Notes under the pieces: generated by a model
What the model was told of the DNA's origin: nothing
Seen by the model: only the letters and a program-made list of their open reading frames with translations
Databases searched by the model: none
From: Opitutales bacterium
GTDB taxonomy: Bacteria; Verrucomicrobiota; Verrucomicrobiia; Opitutales; PNEW01
Reading direction: 5' to 3'
Assembly: GCA_965219535.1 (NCBI GenBank)
Contig: CBDCNV010000002.1
Span: 480,001 to 512,000, forward strand
DNA length: 32,000 nucleotides
Part shown: in pieces, positions 16,866 through 26,629 of the stretch
How positions within the stretch are numbered: position 1 is the stretch's first letter
Layout of the letters: each line of letters starts with the position of its first letter
Position numbers and translations under genes: made by a program

Positions 16866-17969
16866 ATGAAAGATACCACTGCCGCGGTCTTTAATTCTCC
16901 GGGTCGACCGCTGGAGTTCCGGCGCTTTCCAGTCCCTGAACTTACTCCCGGTGAAGCGCTTGTTCAAATTACAGCTTGCACGCTATGCGGGAGTGACTTG
17001 CACAGCTATCAAGGGCATCGCTCAATTTCGACACCGACCGTTCTTGGCCATGAGATTATTGGAAAAATTGTCGCGCTTGGTCCGGGTGAGCCGATCTGCG
17101 ATTTTCATGGAAGACCTTTGCCCATTGACTCAAGAGTGACCTGGTCGATTGCCGTCAGCTGCGGGGATTGTTTCTACTGTCGTGATGCGATACCTCAGAA
17201 ATGTGAGCATCTCTTCAAGTACGGTCATGAGATCCTTTCCCCGGAGCATCCATTAAGTGGAGGGACAGCTGATTACTGTCATCTAGCTGCAGGGACAGCA
17301 ATTTTTCCATTACCTGAAGAGCTTCCGGATCTAGTTGCCTGTCCTGCGAATTGTGCGACGGCTACGGTGGCGGCTGCCTATCGCGTAACCGGTGGCGCCG
17401 AATGGTGTCGGGATAAAGTAGTGCTCGTTCAGGGGGCGGGAATGCTTGGATTGACGGCTAGCGCGATGGCGCAGGCGTATGGCGCGAGAGCGATAATCGT
17501 ATCTGATATCGACAACAAGCGTTTGGAAATGGCTTTACAATTCGGTGCAACGCATTGTGTGTCGGTAATTGAAGAAGAGGGTAAGCTTAATTCGATTGTC
17601 AAAGAGTTGACATCAGGGCGAGGGGTAGACCTGGCACTTGAATTAAGTGGCGCGTCAGGTGCGATGGCTGATGGGCTTAGTCAGCTAAGGATTGGGAGCC
17701 GTTATGTACTCGTAGGTGCTGTCTCACCCGTTGCACCCACTCCTGTTTCTGAAGAAATAATTATTCGCCGCATGCTGAATATTCATGGCGTTCACAACTA
17801 TGCCCCTGAGGATCTCGCTGAAGCGCTACAGTTTCTCAAGAATAACCACAATAAGTTCCCGTTTATTGATCTTGTATCTGAAAAATTCAGTCTCGATCAA
17901 GTTGATGAGGCATTTCAATATGCTATCGAGGGCAGGGCATTGCGCATTGCGATCCTTCCGCAGAAGTGA
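16866..17969 (+). CDS. Zinc-dependent alcohol dehydrogenase (MDR), of the type repeatedly linked to phosphonate catabolism
   Basis: ACTLCGSDLHSYQGH...LGHEIIG catalytic zinc site, CGDCFYCRDAIPQKC structural zinc site and VLVQGAGMLG Rossmann motif. The ATG at 16866 follows GAGGAAA. The track start GTG at 16836 abuts the phnA stop and is less likely. Confidence 0.85.
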   Translation: MKDTTAAVFNSPGRPLEFRRFPVPELTPGEALVQITACTLCGSDLHSYQGHRSISTPTVLGHEIIGKIVALGPGEPICDFHGRPLPIDSRVTWSIAVSCGDCFYCRDAIPQKCEHLFKYGHEILSPEHPLSGGTADYCHLAAGTAIFPLPEELPDLVACPANCATATVAAAYRVTGGAEWCRDKVVLVQGAGMLGLTASAMAQAYGARAIIVSDIDNKRLEMALQFGATHCVSVIEEEGKLNSIVKELTSGRGVDLALELSGASGAMADGLSQLRIGSRYVLVGAVSPVAPTPVSEEIIIRRMLNIHGVHNYAPEDLAEALQFLKNNHNKFPFIDLVSEKFSLDQVDEAFQYAIEGRALRIAILPQK

Positions 17970-18027
17970 TCTATTACGCAGTAAGCAATTCGTTAAAAGT
18001 GCTTTTTAACCCAACAGACCATCAACG

Positions 18028-18879
18028 ATGAATGAGGAAATTGAATACCCACCACCAAGCCTTGAGATCGCGGCGATCGATGTTCACGCGCACTACGGCA
18101 ACTATACGCATAAGGGAACAGGTCTTGAATCTGGGTTTCAATCCGGTGATGCAGCGACCGTCGCCGAACGGGCGGAAAAGTGTAATGTTGAACTGACAGT
18201 TGTTTCGCCACTACTGGGTCTATTTCCACGCGGAAAGGCTGATGCGGTGGAGGGAAACGAAGAAGCGGTTAAAGTCGTTCCGCAAACTGGCGGATTGTTG
18301 CAATGGGTGATAATCAACCCGCTTCAACCACAGACCTATGATCAAGCGCGTGAGATGCTTGCCTTACCTCACTGCGTGGGTATTAAAATCCACCCCGTAG
18401 AACACCAGTATCCTATAACCGAACACGGCGATGCTATTTTTAAATTTGCCGCTGAGCAGAAGGCAGTAGTCTTGACTCACAGTGGGGATGAATTCAGTTG
18501 GCCGGAAGAATTTATCCCTTTTGCAAACGCATTTCCTGAGGTTCCACTTATTCTTGCACATTTAGGCAATGGAGGTTTGGCAAGTGGGAGTGCCAACTTG
18601 CAAGTCGAAGCAATAAAAATGATAAAACATGAGCATGTTTATGTCGATACTTCAAGCGCAAGGAGCATCATGCCCCGCCTGATAGAATGGGCGGTCGGTG
18701 AAATTGGTGCTGAGCGCCTGCTATTCGGCACGGACACCCCACTTTATTTTACCGCTTTCCAAAGGGCGCGAATTGATTACGCCGACATCACCTTAGAGCA
18801 AAAGCGATGCATATTGCGCGACAACGCGATAAAACTATTGGAACTTGAGAGGATAGTTTCTACTTTTCAGGTAAGTTAA
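18028..18879 (+). CDS. Amidohydrolase-2-type TIM-barrel metal hydrolase
   Basis: IDVHAHYG at the N-terminus, then VLTHSG, ILAHLGNGG and LLFGTDTP near the C-terminus. Confidence 0.7.
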   Translation: MNEEIEYPPPSLEIAAIDVHAHYGNYTHKGTGLESGFQSGDAATVAERAEKCNVELTVVSPLLGLFPRGKADAVEGNEEAVKVVPQTGGLLQWVIINPLQPQTYDQAREMLALPHCVGIKIHPVEHQYPITEHGDAIFKFAAEQKAVVLTHSGDEFSWPEEFIPFANAFPEVPLILAHLGNGGLASGSANLQVEAIKMIKHEHVYVDTSSARSIMPRLIEWAVGEIGAERLLFGTDTPLYFTAFQRARIDYADITLEQKRCILRDNAIKLLELERIVSTFQVS

Positions 18880-18921
18880 AAAGGGCATTTATTTTTATCC
18901 TTTAATTAAGTGTGATTTAAA

Positions 18922-19773
18922 ATGGGAAAAAAGTTATCGGGCAAAGTCGCTTTGGTAACGGGTTCGACCTCGGGTATTAGACGGGCAACGGCAACGCTAT
19001 TTGCCGCCGAAGGCGCGCGCGTAGTTCTTGTTGGCCGTCGACGTGAAATAGGCGAGAAGGCAGTAGCGGAAATCACGAAAAATGGGGGCGAAGCTTCTTT
19101 TTTCCAGGCTGATTTTGAATCGAGCGAGGCGGTACGTGATTCGGTTCAATATACTCTTCAACAATACAAGCGAATAGATGTCCTCGTGAACAACGCCATG
19201 AGTCGCCTCATTTCCTGGGGTGATGGTAAAACCGCGGTCGAAACATCGGAAGAGGAGTGGGACAAAATTCTGGCTGTTGGCTTGAAGGCACCTTTCCTTA
19301 CCTGCCAGGAAGCGATTCCCGAGATGATCAAAGAGGGCGGAGGATCGATTATCAACATCGGATCCGTTCGCTCCCTGCGGCCATCTCCCAAGGGGATCAC
19401 TTATGATGTCGTCAAGTCGGGACTGATCAATCTCAGCGCTCAATTGAACATTGATTTTGGAAGTCAGGGCATACGCTCCAATTTGATCTGCCCGGGATGG
19501 ATTTTTGTCACCCCCGGTTACGCAGAAGAGGTGGAAAAGGACCCCGTATTACGTGGCCAGATACAACTTTCGCAGACGATCAAGCGGCCTGGACTTCCCA
19601 TTGATGTTGCCAGGGTGGCGCTATTTCTCGCATCGGACGATTCCAGTTTTGTCGCCGGGTCGGTCTTGGTCGTTGACGGCGGCAACTTAATATTAAGTGG
19701 TCGGCAGTTTAACCCGAAACTTGAAAAACAAGTGAACGAACTTTTCGCTGCCCATGCTGAACTTAACGACTAA
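18922..19773 (+). CDS. Short-chain dehydrogenase/reductase (classical SDR)
   Basis: KVALVTGSTSGIRRATATLFAAEGARVVLVGRR, VLVNNA, YDVVK (YxxxK) and PGWI motifs. Confidence 0.9.
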   Translation: MGKKLSGKVALVTGSTSGIRRATATLFAAEGARVVLVGRRREIGEKAVAEITKNGGEASFFQADFESSEAVRDSVQYTLQQYKRIDVLVNNAMSRLISWGDGKTAVETSEEEWDKILAVGLKAPFLTCQEAIPEMIKEGGGSIINIGSVRSLRPSPKGITYDVVKSGLINLSAQLNIDFGSQGIRSNLICPGWIFVTPGYAEEVEKDPVLRGQIQLSQTIKRPGLPIDVARVALFLASDDSSFVAGSVLVVDGGNLILSGRQFNPKLEKQVNELFAAHAELND

Positions 19774-19794
19774 AGAAGATAAATTTTATCACCC

Positions 19795-20880
19795 ATGGGA
19801 AAAGATAATTTACATGGAATAGGTTTGTTGGGATGTGGCAGTATTGCGAATATCCATATCAGCGCTTTTACTGGCATTGAACCTTTACATTCCGACGGCA
19901 CTGCCTTTGATCGCAAAAATGATTTTGCCGGACTGACGGATCGCGCCCGCGTGGTGGCTGCTTGTGACAATAATGAACAAAGACTCAACCATTTTTGCGA
20001 CAAGTACCAAAAAGACTACAAGATTCCGCTGCGCTTTAATAATCTCTCCGATTTCGCTGCCTGTGATGATGTAAATGTGGTGGTGGTAATGACACAGGCA
20101 TCGGTCCGCAGCGAAGTAATATTTCCTCTGCTTGAAGCGGGAAAACATCTGATGATTGAAAAACCATTCGCCCCAACGCTATCTGAAGCGCGAGCGATTG
20201 TCGAATTGGCAGAAAAATTAAACCTGCAGATCGCTGTGGGTCAGAACTATCGTTGGAGAGAACAAATGTCGCATTCGCGACAATTAATTAAAGAAGGGCA
20301 GATAGGAAGACCCACATTTGTCATTATCAATGATTGCGAATGGCGCGATCACGTCGTTGAAATGGAAACGGATACCCGTTATTATGCTTTGGCTGAAATG
20401 GGTGTTCACTATATGGATCTTTTTCGTTGGCTATTATCTGACGAACCGATAGCGGCGAGCTGTGTTTTAAAGACAGAACCTTTTACTACTAAGAACGAGA
20501 ACGGCCGGTGTGAAAGTTCAGCCCTCATTGAATTTCGCAAAGGGACGATTGCGAACCTCATCCAGTCTTCGACTTCGCATGGGCGTGGGGCATTTAAATT
20601 TCGGCAGTTCGACGGCACAGGAGGGAGTCTGATTCATCCGAACTACACGGATGTTATTTATCGCAGCAGCGAGGGGGAAGATAAATGGTCATTAAAACGC
20701 GATTTTATCGCCTCTTATGGGAAAAATATGGCGCTGCTCCTGGATGCTATTGAAACCGGAGTTCCGTCACCTAACAGTGGTCGCGACAACTTGAAAACGA
20801 TGGCAATACTCGATACCTGTTTTCAATCGGCGGCGGAGAAGCGGCGGGTGGAAATCGCAATCGATGATTTAGAAAAGTAG
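19795..20880 (+). CDS. Gfo/Idh/MocA-family NAD(P)-dependent oxidoreductase
   Basis: IGLLGCGSIANIH N-terminal Rossmann motif and the MIEKPFAPTLSEARAIVELAEKLNLQIAVGQNYRW signature. Confidence 0.85.
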   Translation: MGKDNLHGIGLLGCGSIANIHISAFTGIEPLHSDGTAFDRKNDFAGLTDRARVVAACDNNEQRLNHFCDKYQKDYKIPLRFNNLSDFAACDDVNVVVVMTQASVRSEVIFPLLEAGKHLMIEKPFAPTLSEARAIVELAEKLNLQIAVGQNYRWREQMSHSRQLIKEGQIGRPTFVIINDCEWRDHVVEMETDTRYYALAEMGVHYMDLFRWLLSDEPIAASCVLKTEPFTTKNENGRCESSALIEFRKGTIANLIQSSTSHGRGAFKFRQFDGTGGSLIHPNYTDVIYRSSEGEDKWSLKRDFIASYGKNMALLLDAIETGVPSPNSGRDNLKTMAILDTCFQSAAEKRRVEIAIDDLEK

Positions 20881-20889
20881 GACTTTACG

Positions 20890-21438
20890 ATGAAACATAT
20901 GATACATGAAGAAATTGAAAAAGGCATGCCCCATATCTTAGACTCACCAAATGAAGAAGGTGTAGTTGAAGCTATATTCATACGCCCGGTAATGAATGAG
21001 AGAAAATCGCTGCAAGAGGCACAACTCTCACCGGAAAAGGGTGTAGAGGGTGACCGTTGGTTTGATTTGTGTTGGTTGAAACTTAAGGATGGCAGTTCAG
21101 ATCCACGCGCACAAGTGTCGCTCTTTAACTCCAGACTTATGCGTTTGATCGCCTCGGATAAAAAACTTTGGTCACTGGCAGGGGATAATTTTATTGTTGA
21201 ATTTGATTTAAGTCCATTGAAGCCAGGACAAAGGTTAAGCTTGGGAGAAGCGGTGATTGAGATTTCAGATCAGCCGCACACCGGGTGTGAGAAATTTGCT
21301 TCCCGCTATGGCCAAGAGGTTAAAGATTACATCGATTCCCCTGAGGGGATAAGACATAATCTTCGAGGAGTGTATGCAACCATCTTGCAAGCGGGGAAAG
21401 TAAAGATTGGGGATAACCTAAAAAAGATCGCATTATAG
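20890..21438 (+). CDS. MOSC-domain protein
   Basis: 182 aa. GVEGDRW, GDNFIVEFDLSPLKPGQRLSLGEAVIEISDQPHTGCEKF and the conserved Cys context. It lies 9 nt after the preceding gene. Confidence 0.75.
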   Translation: MKHMIHEEIEKGMPHILDSPNEEGVVEAIFIRPVMNERKSLQEAQLSPEKGVEGDRWFDLCWLKLKDGSSDPRAQVSLFNSRLMRLIASDKKLWSLAGDNFIVEFDLSPLKPGQRLSLGEAVIEISDQPHTGCEKFASRYGQEVKDYIDSPEGIRHNLRGVYATILQAGKVKIGDNLKKIAL

Positions 21439-21545
21439 TTTTTCCAGCGAATTGGAAAAATAAAGAAACAATAAAGATCATAGAGAGGTCATTGATTTAC
21501 ATCAGGCTTTAAAGGTAAATCAATTACGCCATTTTTTACTTTTTC

Positions 21546-22310
21546 ATGAAGTTATTCACTCAACTGATACTCTGTGCGGGGATTGTTTTATTGTCTTCTA
21601 TGCTTACGGCCAAAGAAGACGGGGCAGTCTTTAGTAGTTCCGAGACACAGGTGCGCCTGGTTGAACTTTATACTTCGGAGGGTTGCAGTAGTTGTCCCCC
21701 CGCCGAGCGCTGGTTTAGCGACCTGCTCAACTCCCCTCATTTATGGAGCTCACTAGTCCCCATTGCCTTTCATGTCAGTTATTGGGATTATCTTGGCTGG
21801 CTCGATCCTTTTGCTTTGGAAGAGCACGCCCAAAGACAAAGGGCTTACGCTAAACTAGGGAATACAGGTGTTTATACCCCAGGTTTTTTTGTCAATGGGC
21901 GAGAATGGAGAGGATTCTTTGAGCGAAACAGCCTTCCCACATCTCCAACTTCTAAACCTGGTGTCCTGGTGGCGCGGCAACTCGGCGATCATCGATACGC
22001 GGTGTCTTTTCGGGAGATTGAAAGTGATGAAAGTAATTACCGTGTCCATGCCGCGGTACTGGGTTTTGACTTAAGTTCTCAAGTGAGGGCGGGGGAGAAC
22101 CGCGGGAGGAATTTGCGACACGATTTTGTCGTCCTATCTAAACGGGATGCGGTTCTTAAAAAAGGAACTTCCACGCACACAGTCGAGCTGCGAATAAAAC
22201 CACCAGACGGCAATAGGCTATCACGCTATGCGATTAGCTTTTGGATTACGGCAATGAATAACCCCATACCTATTCAAGCTACCGGGGGGTTTGTTAAAGA
22301 GAAAACATAG
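21546..22310 (+). CDS. DUF1223 family secreted thioredoxin-fold protein
   Basis: Signal peptide, then LVELYTSEGCSSCPPAERW and IAFHVSYWDYLGWLDPFA, which are DUF1223 hallmarks. Confidence 0.8.
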   Translation: MKLFTQLILCAGIVLLSSMLTAKEDGAVFSSSETQVRLVELYTSEGCSSCPPAERWFSDLLNSPHLWSSLVPIAFHVSYWDYLGWLDPFALEEHAQRQRAYAKLGNTGVYTPGFFVNGREWRGFFERNSLPTSPTSKPGVLVARQLGDHRYAVSFREIESDESNYRVHAAVLGFDLSSQVRAGENRGRNLRHDFVVLSKRDAVLKKGTSTHTVELRIKPPDGNRLSRYAISFWITAMNNPIPIQATGGFVKEKT

Positions 22311-22421
22311 AAATTGTGTCTGTAGTGGTCAGAGAGCAATGCAAGCCATTTAAAAAATCAGGATTGATTTCCCACTTAGGATGAATTAATCCATGCTTAT
22401 AAACTTTCATCAAGAATAACT

Positions 22422-22961
22422 ATGATAAAGCAAAGAAATAATAATAAACTTTACACAGAAAGTCCTGTGAAAAACATTCTGATAAAAGGGAATTGGGCAT
22501 GGCTTTTCATCGTCAGCCTGATTGCCGTATTATTGGGAACAGTAACGGCAGGAGAAGCAGCGCATCATTTAGCCTCTGAACCGCGGATCATTTCTATTAC
22601 CGGCAACGACCAGATGAAATTTGATATTACTGAAATTGAAGTCAAAGCGGGCGAAAAAATTAAAATAGTCCTTAAAAACATTGGGAAAATACCCAAGATG
22701 GGGATGGCCCATAATTTTGTTCTCCTAAATAGCGATGTTGATGCCCAGAATTTCTCGATGGCCGCGATTATGGCCAGAGAAAGTGAATATATTCCGAAAG
22801 ATCGTGAAAAAGATATTATTGCCTATACTGGAATGGCGGGTCCCGATGAAACAGTCACCGTAGAGTTTACTGCGCCAGAGACAGCTGGAAAATATGATTA
22901 CGTTTGTACATTCCCCGGTCATTATTTAGCAGGAATGAAAGGTGTTTTGATAGTTAATTGA
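22422..22961 (+). CDS. Azurin-like type-1 copper protein (cupredoxin) with an N-terminal membrane anchor
   Basis: ITGNDQMKFD...MGMAHNFVL...YVCTFPGHYLAGMKGVLIV parallels azurin blocks (GNDQMQF, MGHNWVL, CTFPGH..MKG). His, Cys, His and Met ligands are all present. Confidence 0.8.
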   Translation: MIKQRNNNKLYTESPVKNILIKGNWAWLFIVSLIAVLLGTVTAGEAAHHLASEPRIISITGNDQMKFDITEIEVKAGEKIKIVLKNIGKIPKMGMAHNFVLLNSDVDAQNFSMAAIMARESEYIPKDREKDIIAYTGMAGPDETVTVEFTAPETAGKYDYVCTFPGHYLAGMKGVLIVN

Positions 22962-23102
22962 TCCGTATTACAGTTAAGCTAAAGTTGCACAGGCTGCAAT
23001 TGAGATGTGATGGGTTTAATGTGTTGTCGGATAATTAATGATCTTAAATATGGATCCATACCCCCTCATCTCGGTCATAGATCCTTCCTGATTACTGAAT
23101 TA

Positions 23103-23594
23103 ATGAAAAAGATAACCTATTCTTTTCTGGCTTTAATTTCCTTCTTGGTGCTGAGTAGCAGTGCAGATGAAGAGGAAATCGACTCTAAAGTTATCTTTAG
23201 AGGGAAAGTGGTTTATGAGAGGAATTGTCAGATTTGTCAACAGGCAAATGGTGAGGGAATTCGATTGGCATTTCCCCCGCTAACGGGGACTCCGTGGGTA
23301 ACGGGAAGTAAAGAGCGCCTCATAAAACTGGTCGTTTATGGGTTGTCTGGACCAATTATTGTCAAAGGCAGGGAATTTTCCAGTAAGATGATTGAAGCAG
23401 GTATCCCCCCGGGGTCATTGACGGACGCTGATATCGCCTATTTGCTTACTTACATCCGCAATGCGTGGGGAAACAGTGCGTCCGAGGTAAAAGAATCAGA
23501 AGTCATCGATGTAAAAGAACAGGTAGGTGACCGTAAAAATGCCTGGGACTCTGAGGATTTACTGAAGCTTCATCCCTTGAAAGAGTCAGAATGA
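23103..23594 (+). CDS. Class I cytochrome c-like protein with a degenerate heme motif (CQICQ)
   Basis: Signal peptide MKKITYSFLALISFLVLSSSA. Fold blocks are GEGIRLAFPPLTG, LIKLVVYGLSGPI and IAYLLTYIRNAWGN. The expected CXXCH reads CQICQ (23226-23240). The start is taken at ATG 23103 rather than the track GTG at 23007. Confidence 0.7.
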   Translation: MKKITYSFLALISFLVLSSSADEEEIDSKVIFRGKVVYERNCQICQQANGEGIRLAFPPLTGTPWVTGSKERLIKLVVYGLSGPIIVKGREFSSKMIEAGIPPGSLTDADIAYLLTYIRNAWGNSASEVKESEVIDVKEQVGDRKNAWDSEDLLKLHPLKESE

Positions 23595-23987
23595 TGGCAC
23601 ACCATTTTTGTGGATGTGAATAACACTCCAGAAGGGGATTGTTATGACTGTAGCTTATGTAGGTTAAAACTGAATCTACTTCGATATTAAGTCTTAACAT
23701 CGATTATAATAAATGGGGAGTAGATATAGTTTTAATGATCTGACACGGATTTATTATCTTTCACATGAGCCATGAAGATAGTACTTTCTATGGTTCTGCA
23801 CATATTAGATTTTTCCATATATTTTACATAAATAATTGACAGTGTTCAACTGGCACGATTAAACGATTGCATTACTCATAGGTCCCTAAGAATGTATTCT
23901 TTAACTGTCAGGTTTTACTTAAAAAATAAACGTTTGGATTGAGGGAATAGGGTAATTTGAAACAGAAAGAACAGAGTTAAAAAAATA

Positions 23988-24752
23988 ATGAAAAATTTTA
24001 AATTAAATCATAAATTCAAGGTTCTCCTTGGAATCATGCTTTTAGTCATTTCTTATGGAATCAGTGGCAAGGAAACCGCACTTGAAGCAAGTGGATCCAC
24101 AACAGGGGCGAAAATCACTGGAACGGTGAAGTTTACAGGTGATCCCCCAAGAATGCGAGACATAGATATGTCCGACGAACCGGTATGTGTTCATAAATGG
24201 GAAGAATGGGGGATGGCGTCAAAGAGTGAAACGCTAGTCATGGGTGAAGGTCAGACTATGGCAAATATCTTTGTCAGTATTAAGAGTGGATTGCCTGAAC
24301 AGACTTACGCGGCGCCAACAACCCCTGTGGTAGTCAACCAGGAGGGGTGCGCTTATAAGCCCCATGTTTTTGCCGTAATGAAGGGCCAGAACATTATATT
24401 TAAAAACTCAGATGGGGTATTGCATAATGTTCATGCACTACCAGATGCAAACAGAGAATTCAATTTAGCGATGCCGGGAAGTATGACCGAGGCCCCCCCG
24501 CGCTCTTTCAGAAAGGTAGAGTCCATGTTTCGTATCAAGTGCGATAAACATCCCTGGATGCTTTCATATGCCGCTGTTATGAGCCATCCCTATTTTTTTG
24601 TTACTGGCCGGGACGGAAAATTTGAAATAAATGGCCTACCTGCCGGGACGTACGAAGTGGAAGCCTGGCACGAAAAGTTAGGACCCCAGGTTTCAACGGT
24701 CACGGTAGCTGCAGATTCAAGTGAAACTGTCGATTTTTCTTTTTCCAGATAG
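23988..24752 (+). CDS. Cupredoxin-like protein with an amicyanin-type copper loop fused to a carboxypeptidase-regulatory-like beta-sandwich
   Basis: N-terminal anchor/signal, then FKNSDGVLHNVH and CDKHPWM (compare amicyanin CTPHPFM). The tail reads GRDGKFEINGLPAGTYEVEAWHEKLG. Confidence 0.6.
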   Translation: MKNFKLNHKFKVLLGIMLLVISYGISGKETALEASGSTTGAKITGTVKFTGDPPRMRDIDMSDEPVCVHKWEEWGMASKSETLVMGEGQTMANIFVSIKSGLPEQTYAAPTTPVVVNQEGCAYKPHVFAVMKGQNIIFKNSDGVLHNVHALPDANREFNLAMPGSMTEAPPRSFRKVESMFRIKCDKHPWMLSYAAVMSHPYFFVTGRDGKFEINGLPAGTYEVEAWHEKLGPQVSTVTVAADSSETVDFSFSR

Positions 24753-24808
24753 AAACTAATTATTGTTGAAAATATAATAATACTTAAATCCACTAAACAA
24801 CATTAGCT

Positions 24809-26611
24809 ATGGCAGACACGACCACTACTGAAGAGAAAAAACCTGAAGTAAGCCACGGCGAACATCACGAAGAGCTTTCCTTCTGGCGAAAATACATTTT
24901 TGCCACTGATCATAAAATGATCGGTGTTCAGTACGCGATCACCGGTGGATTCTTCCTCTTCTTTGGCTTTGGGTTAATGATGCTCATGCGCTGGAGCTTG
25001 GCCTACCCGGATCAGCCGCTCCCCATACTGGGTTTTCTCGTCGGCAGCAACGGCATTATGTCACCGGATACCTATAATACCTTTGGGGCCATGCATGGAA
25101 CGATCATGGTTTTTATGGGCGTAGTACCGCTGGCATTCGGCGCCTTTGGAAATTTTGTCCTGCCCCTGCAGATTGGCGCCGTGGATATGGCTTTCCCTAA
25201 GATTAATGCAGCCAGTTACTGGTGTCTCTTTGTCGGCGGCCTCATCATGTTCGCCAGTTTTTTTCTTCCAGAGGGAGCAGCAAAATCCGGCTGGACTTCT
25301 TACACGCCTCTCGCGGACATAGATATTGGACTGGGGCAAACCTTTTGGCTGATCGGGATGGTTTTTTTAATTACCTCGTCCCTGATGGGAGCGATTAACT
25401 TTATTACCACCACGATTCAGCTGCGCGCGCCAGGAATGACTTATATGCGTTTGCCCTTTTTTGTGTGGACCCAATTGGTAACGGCTTTACTGCTTCTGCT
25501 GGCTTTTCCACCGCTTGAGGCAGCAGCCCTTCTACAATTTATGGACCGGGTGGCAGACACCAGTTTCTTCCTGCCTACCGGACTGGTGATTAGCGGGGAA
25601 GTTGCGGATATCAGCGGGGGAGGCAGCCCTATTCTCTGGCAGCATTTATTCTGGTTTCTCGCCCATCCAGAAGTCTATGTCCTCATCTTGCCCGCAATGG
25701 GAATCGTGACTGAGGTGATTGCGAACAACGCGCGTAAACCCGTGTTTGGTTTTAAATCCATGGTTTATTCTTTGATTTTCCTCGGATTCATGTCTTTTTC
25801 CGTCTGGGCCCACCATATGTTTATCACCGGGATGGGAACTACCTTGAACGCCTTTTTCCAGACGACGACGATGATTATCTCGATACCCTCGGTGATTATT
25901 CTCTCCTGTCTTTTTATCACGCTCTGGGGAGGGTCCCTTCGATTCAATACACCGATGCTCTTCGCGCTCGGATTTTTACCGATGTTCGGAATTGGTGGAT
26001 TGACGGGCCTACCCTTGGGCCTGAGTTCAGCAGATATTCACCTCCATGACACGCTTTATGTCATCGGGCATTTTCACTACGTAGTAGCGCCCGGAACACT
26101 TTTCGGCCTTTTTGCTGGGATCTACTACTGGTTCCCAAAGGTTTCAGGCCGCATGATGAACGAGACGCTTGGGAAGTTGCATTTCTGGGGAACGCTTATT
26201 TTCATGAACCTGATCTTTTTCCCCATGCTCATTCAGGGAATGGCCGGAATAAACAGACGATTACATGATGGTGGGGCGTCTTATGCTGATGCCACGGCAA
26301 TTATCGAGCCCGGGTTTTATTCCCACGCCGCCAATTATCTCTATTTAAACAAGTGGATGTCGATGTCCGCCTGGGCATTAGGGTTGGTTCAGCTAATCTT
26401 TTTGGTAAATCTTTTCTGGAGCATAAAGAAGGGGAAGAAGGCAGAGCGTAATCCCTGGAATGCAACTACCGTCGAGTGGGCAGCGCCTTCACCGCCAGGG
26501 CATGGGAATTTCGATTCACCGGTTGAAGTTTACAATGATCCTTATGAATATAGTGTTCCCGGTGCTTCGAAAGATTTTAGCCCGCAATTTGAAAAGGGGC
26601 CTTCCGCTTGA
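24809..26611 (+). CDS. ctaD: Heme-copper (A-type) cytochrome c oxidase subunit I
   Basis: TDHKMIGVQY, AMHGTIMVF, WQHLFWFLAHPEVYVLILPAMG, WAHHMF and HDTLYVIGHFHYV are the canonical heme and CuB ligand blocks. Confidence 0.95.
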   Translation: MADTTTTEEKKPEVSHGEHHEELSFWRKYIFATDHKMIGVQYAITGGFFLFFGFGLMMLMRWSLAYPDQPLPILGFLVGSNGIMSPDTYNTFGAMHGTIMVFMGVVPLAFGAFGNFVLPLQIGAVDMAFPKINAASYWCLFVGGLIMFASFFLPEGAAKSGWTSYTPLADIDIGLGQTFWLIGMVFLITSSLMGAINFITTTIQLRAPGMTYMRLPFFVWTQLVTALLLLLAFPPLEAAALLQFMDRVADTSFFLPTGLVISGEVADISGGGSPILWQHLFWFLAHPEVYVLILPAMGIVTEVIANNARKPVFGFKSMVYSLIFLGFMSFSVWAHHMFITGMGTTLNAFFQTTTMIISIPSVIILSCLFITLWGGSLRFNTPMLFALGFLPMFGIGGLTGLPLGLSSADIHLHDTLYVIGHFHYVVAPGTLFGLFAGIYYWFPKVSGRMMNETLGKLHFWGTLIFMNLIFFPMLIQGMAGINRRLHDGGASYADATAIIEPGFYSHAANYLYLNKWMSMSAWALGLVQLIFLVNLFWSIKKGKKAERNPWNATTVEWAAPSPPGHGNFDSPVEVYNDPYEYSVPGASKDFSPQFEKGPSA

Positions 26612-26629
26612 AATTCAGGAGATAATCTG

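Noticed and set aside
23007-23102. GTG-initiated 32-codon extension of the cytochrome c-like ORF
   Set aside because: The extension (MMGLMCCRIINDLKYGS...) precedes a perfect signal peptide that begins at ATG 23103. An internal signal peptide is implausible.
23851-23872. Second TGGCAC motif that looked like a sigma-54 promoter upstream of the oxidase locus
   Set aside because: The TTGCA-like element is 5 nt too far from the GG (TGGCACGATTAAACGATTGCA). The -24/-12 spacing is strict, so this is not a sigma-54 site. A weak sigma-70-like TTGACA at 23836-23841 has only a poor -10 partner.
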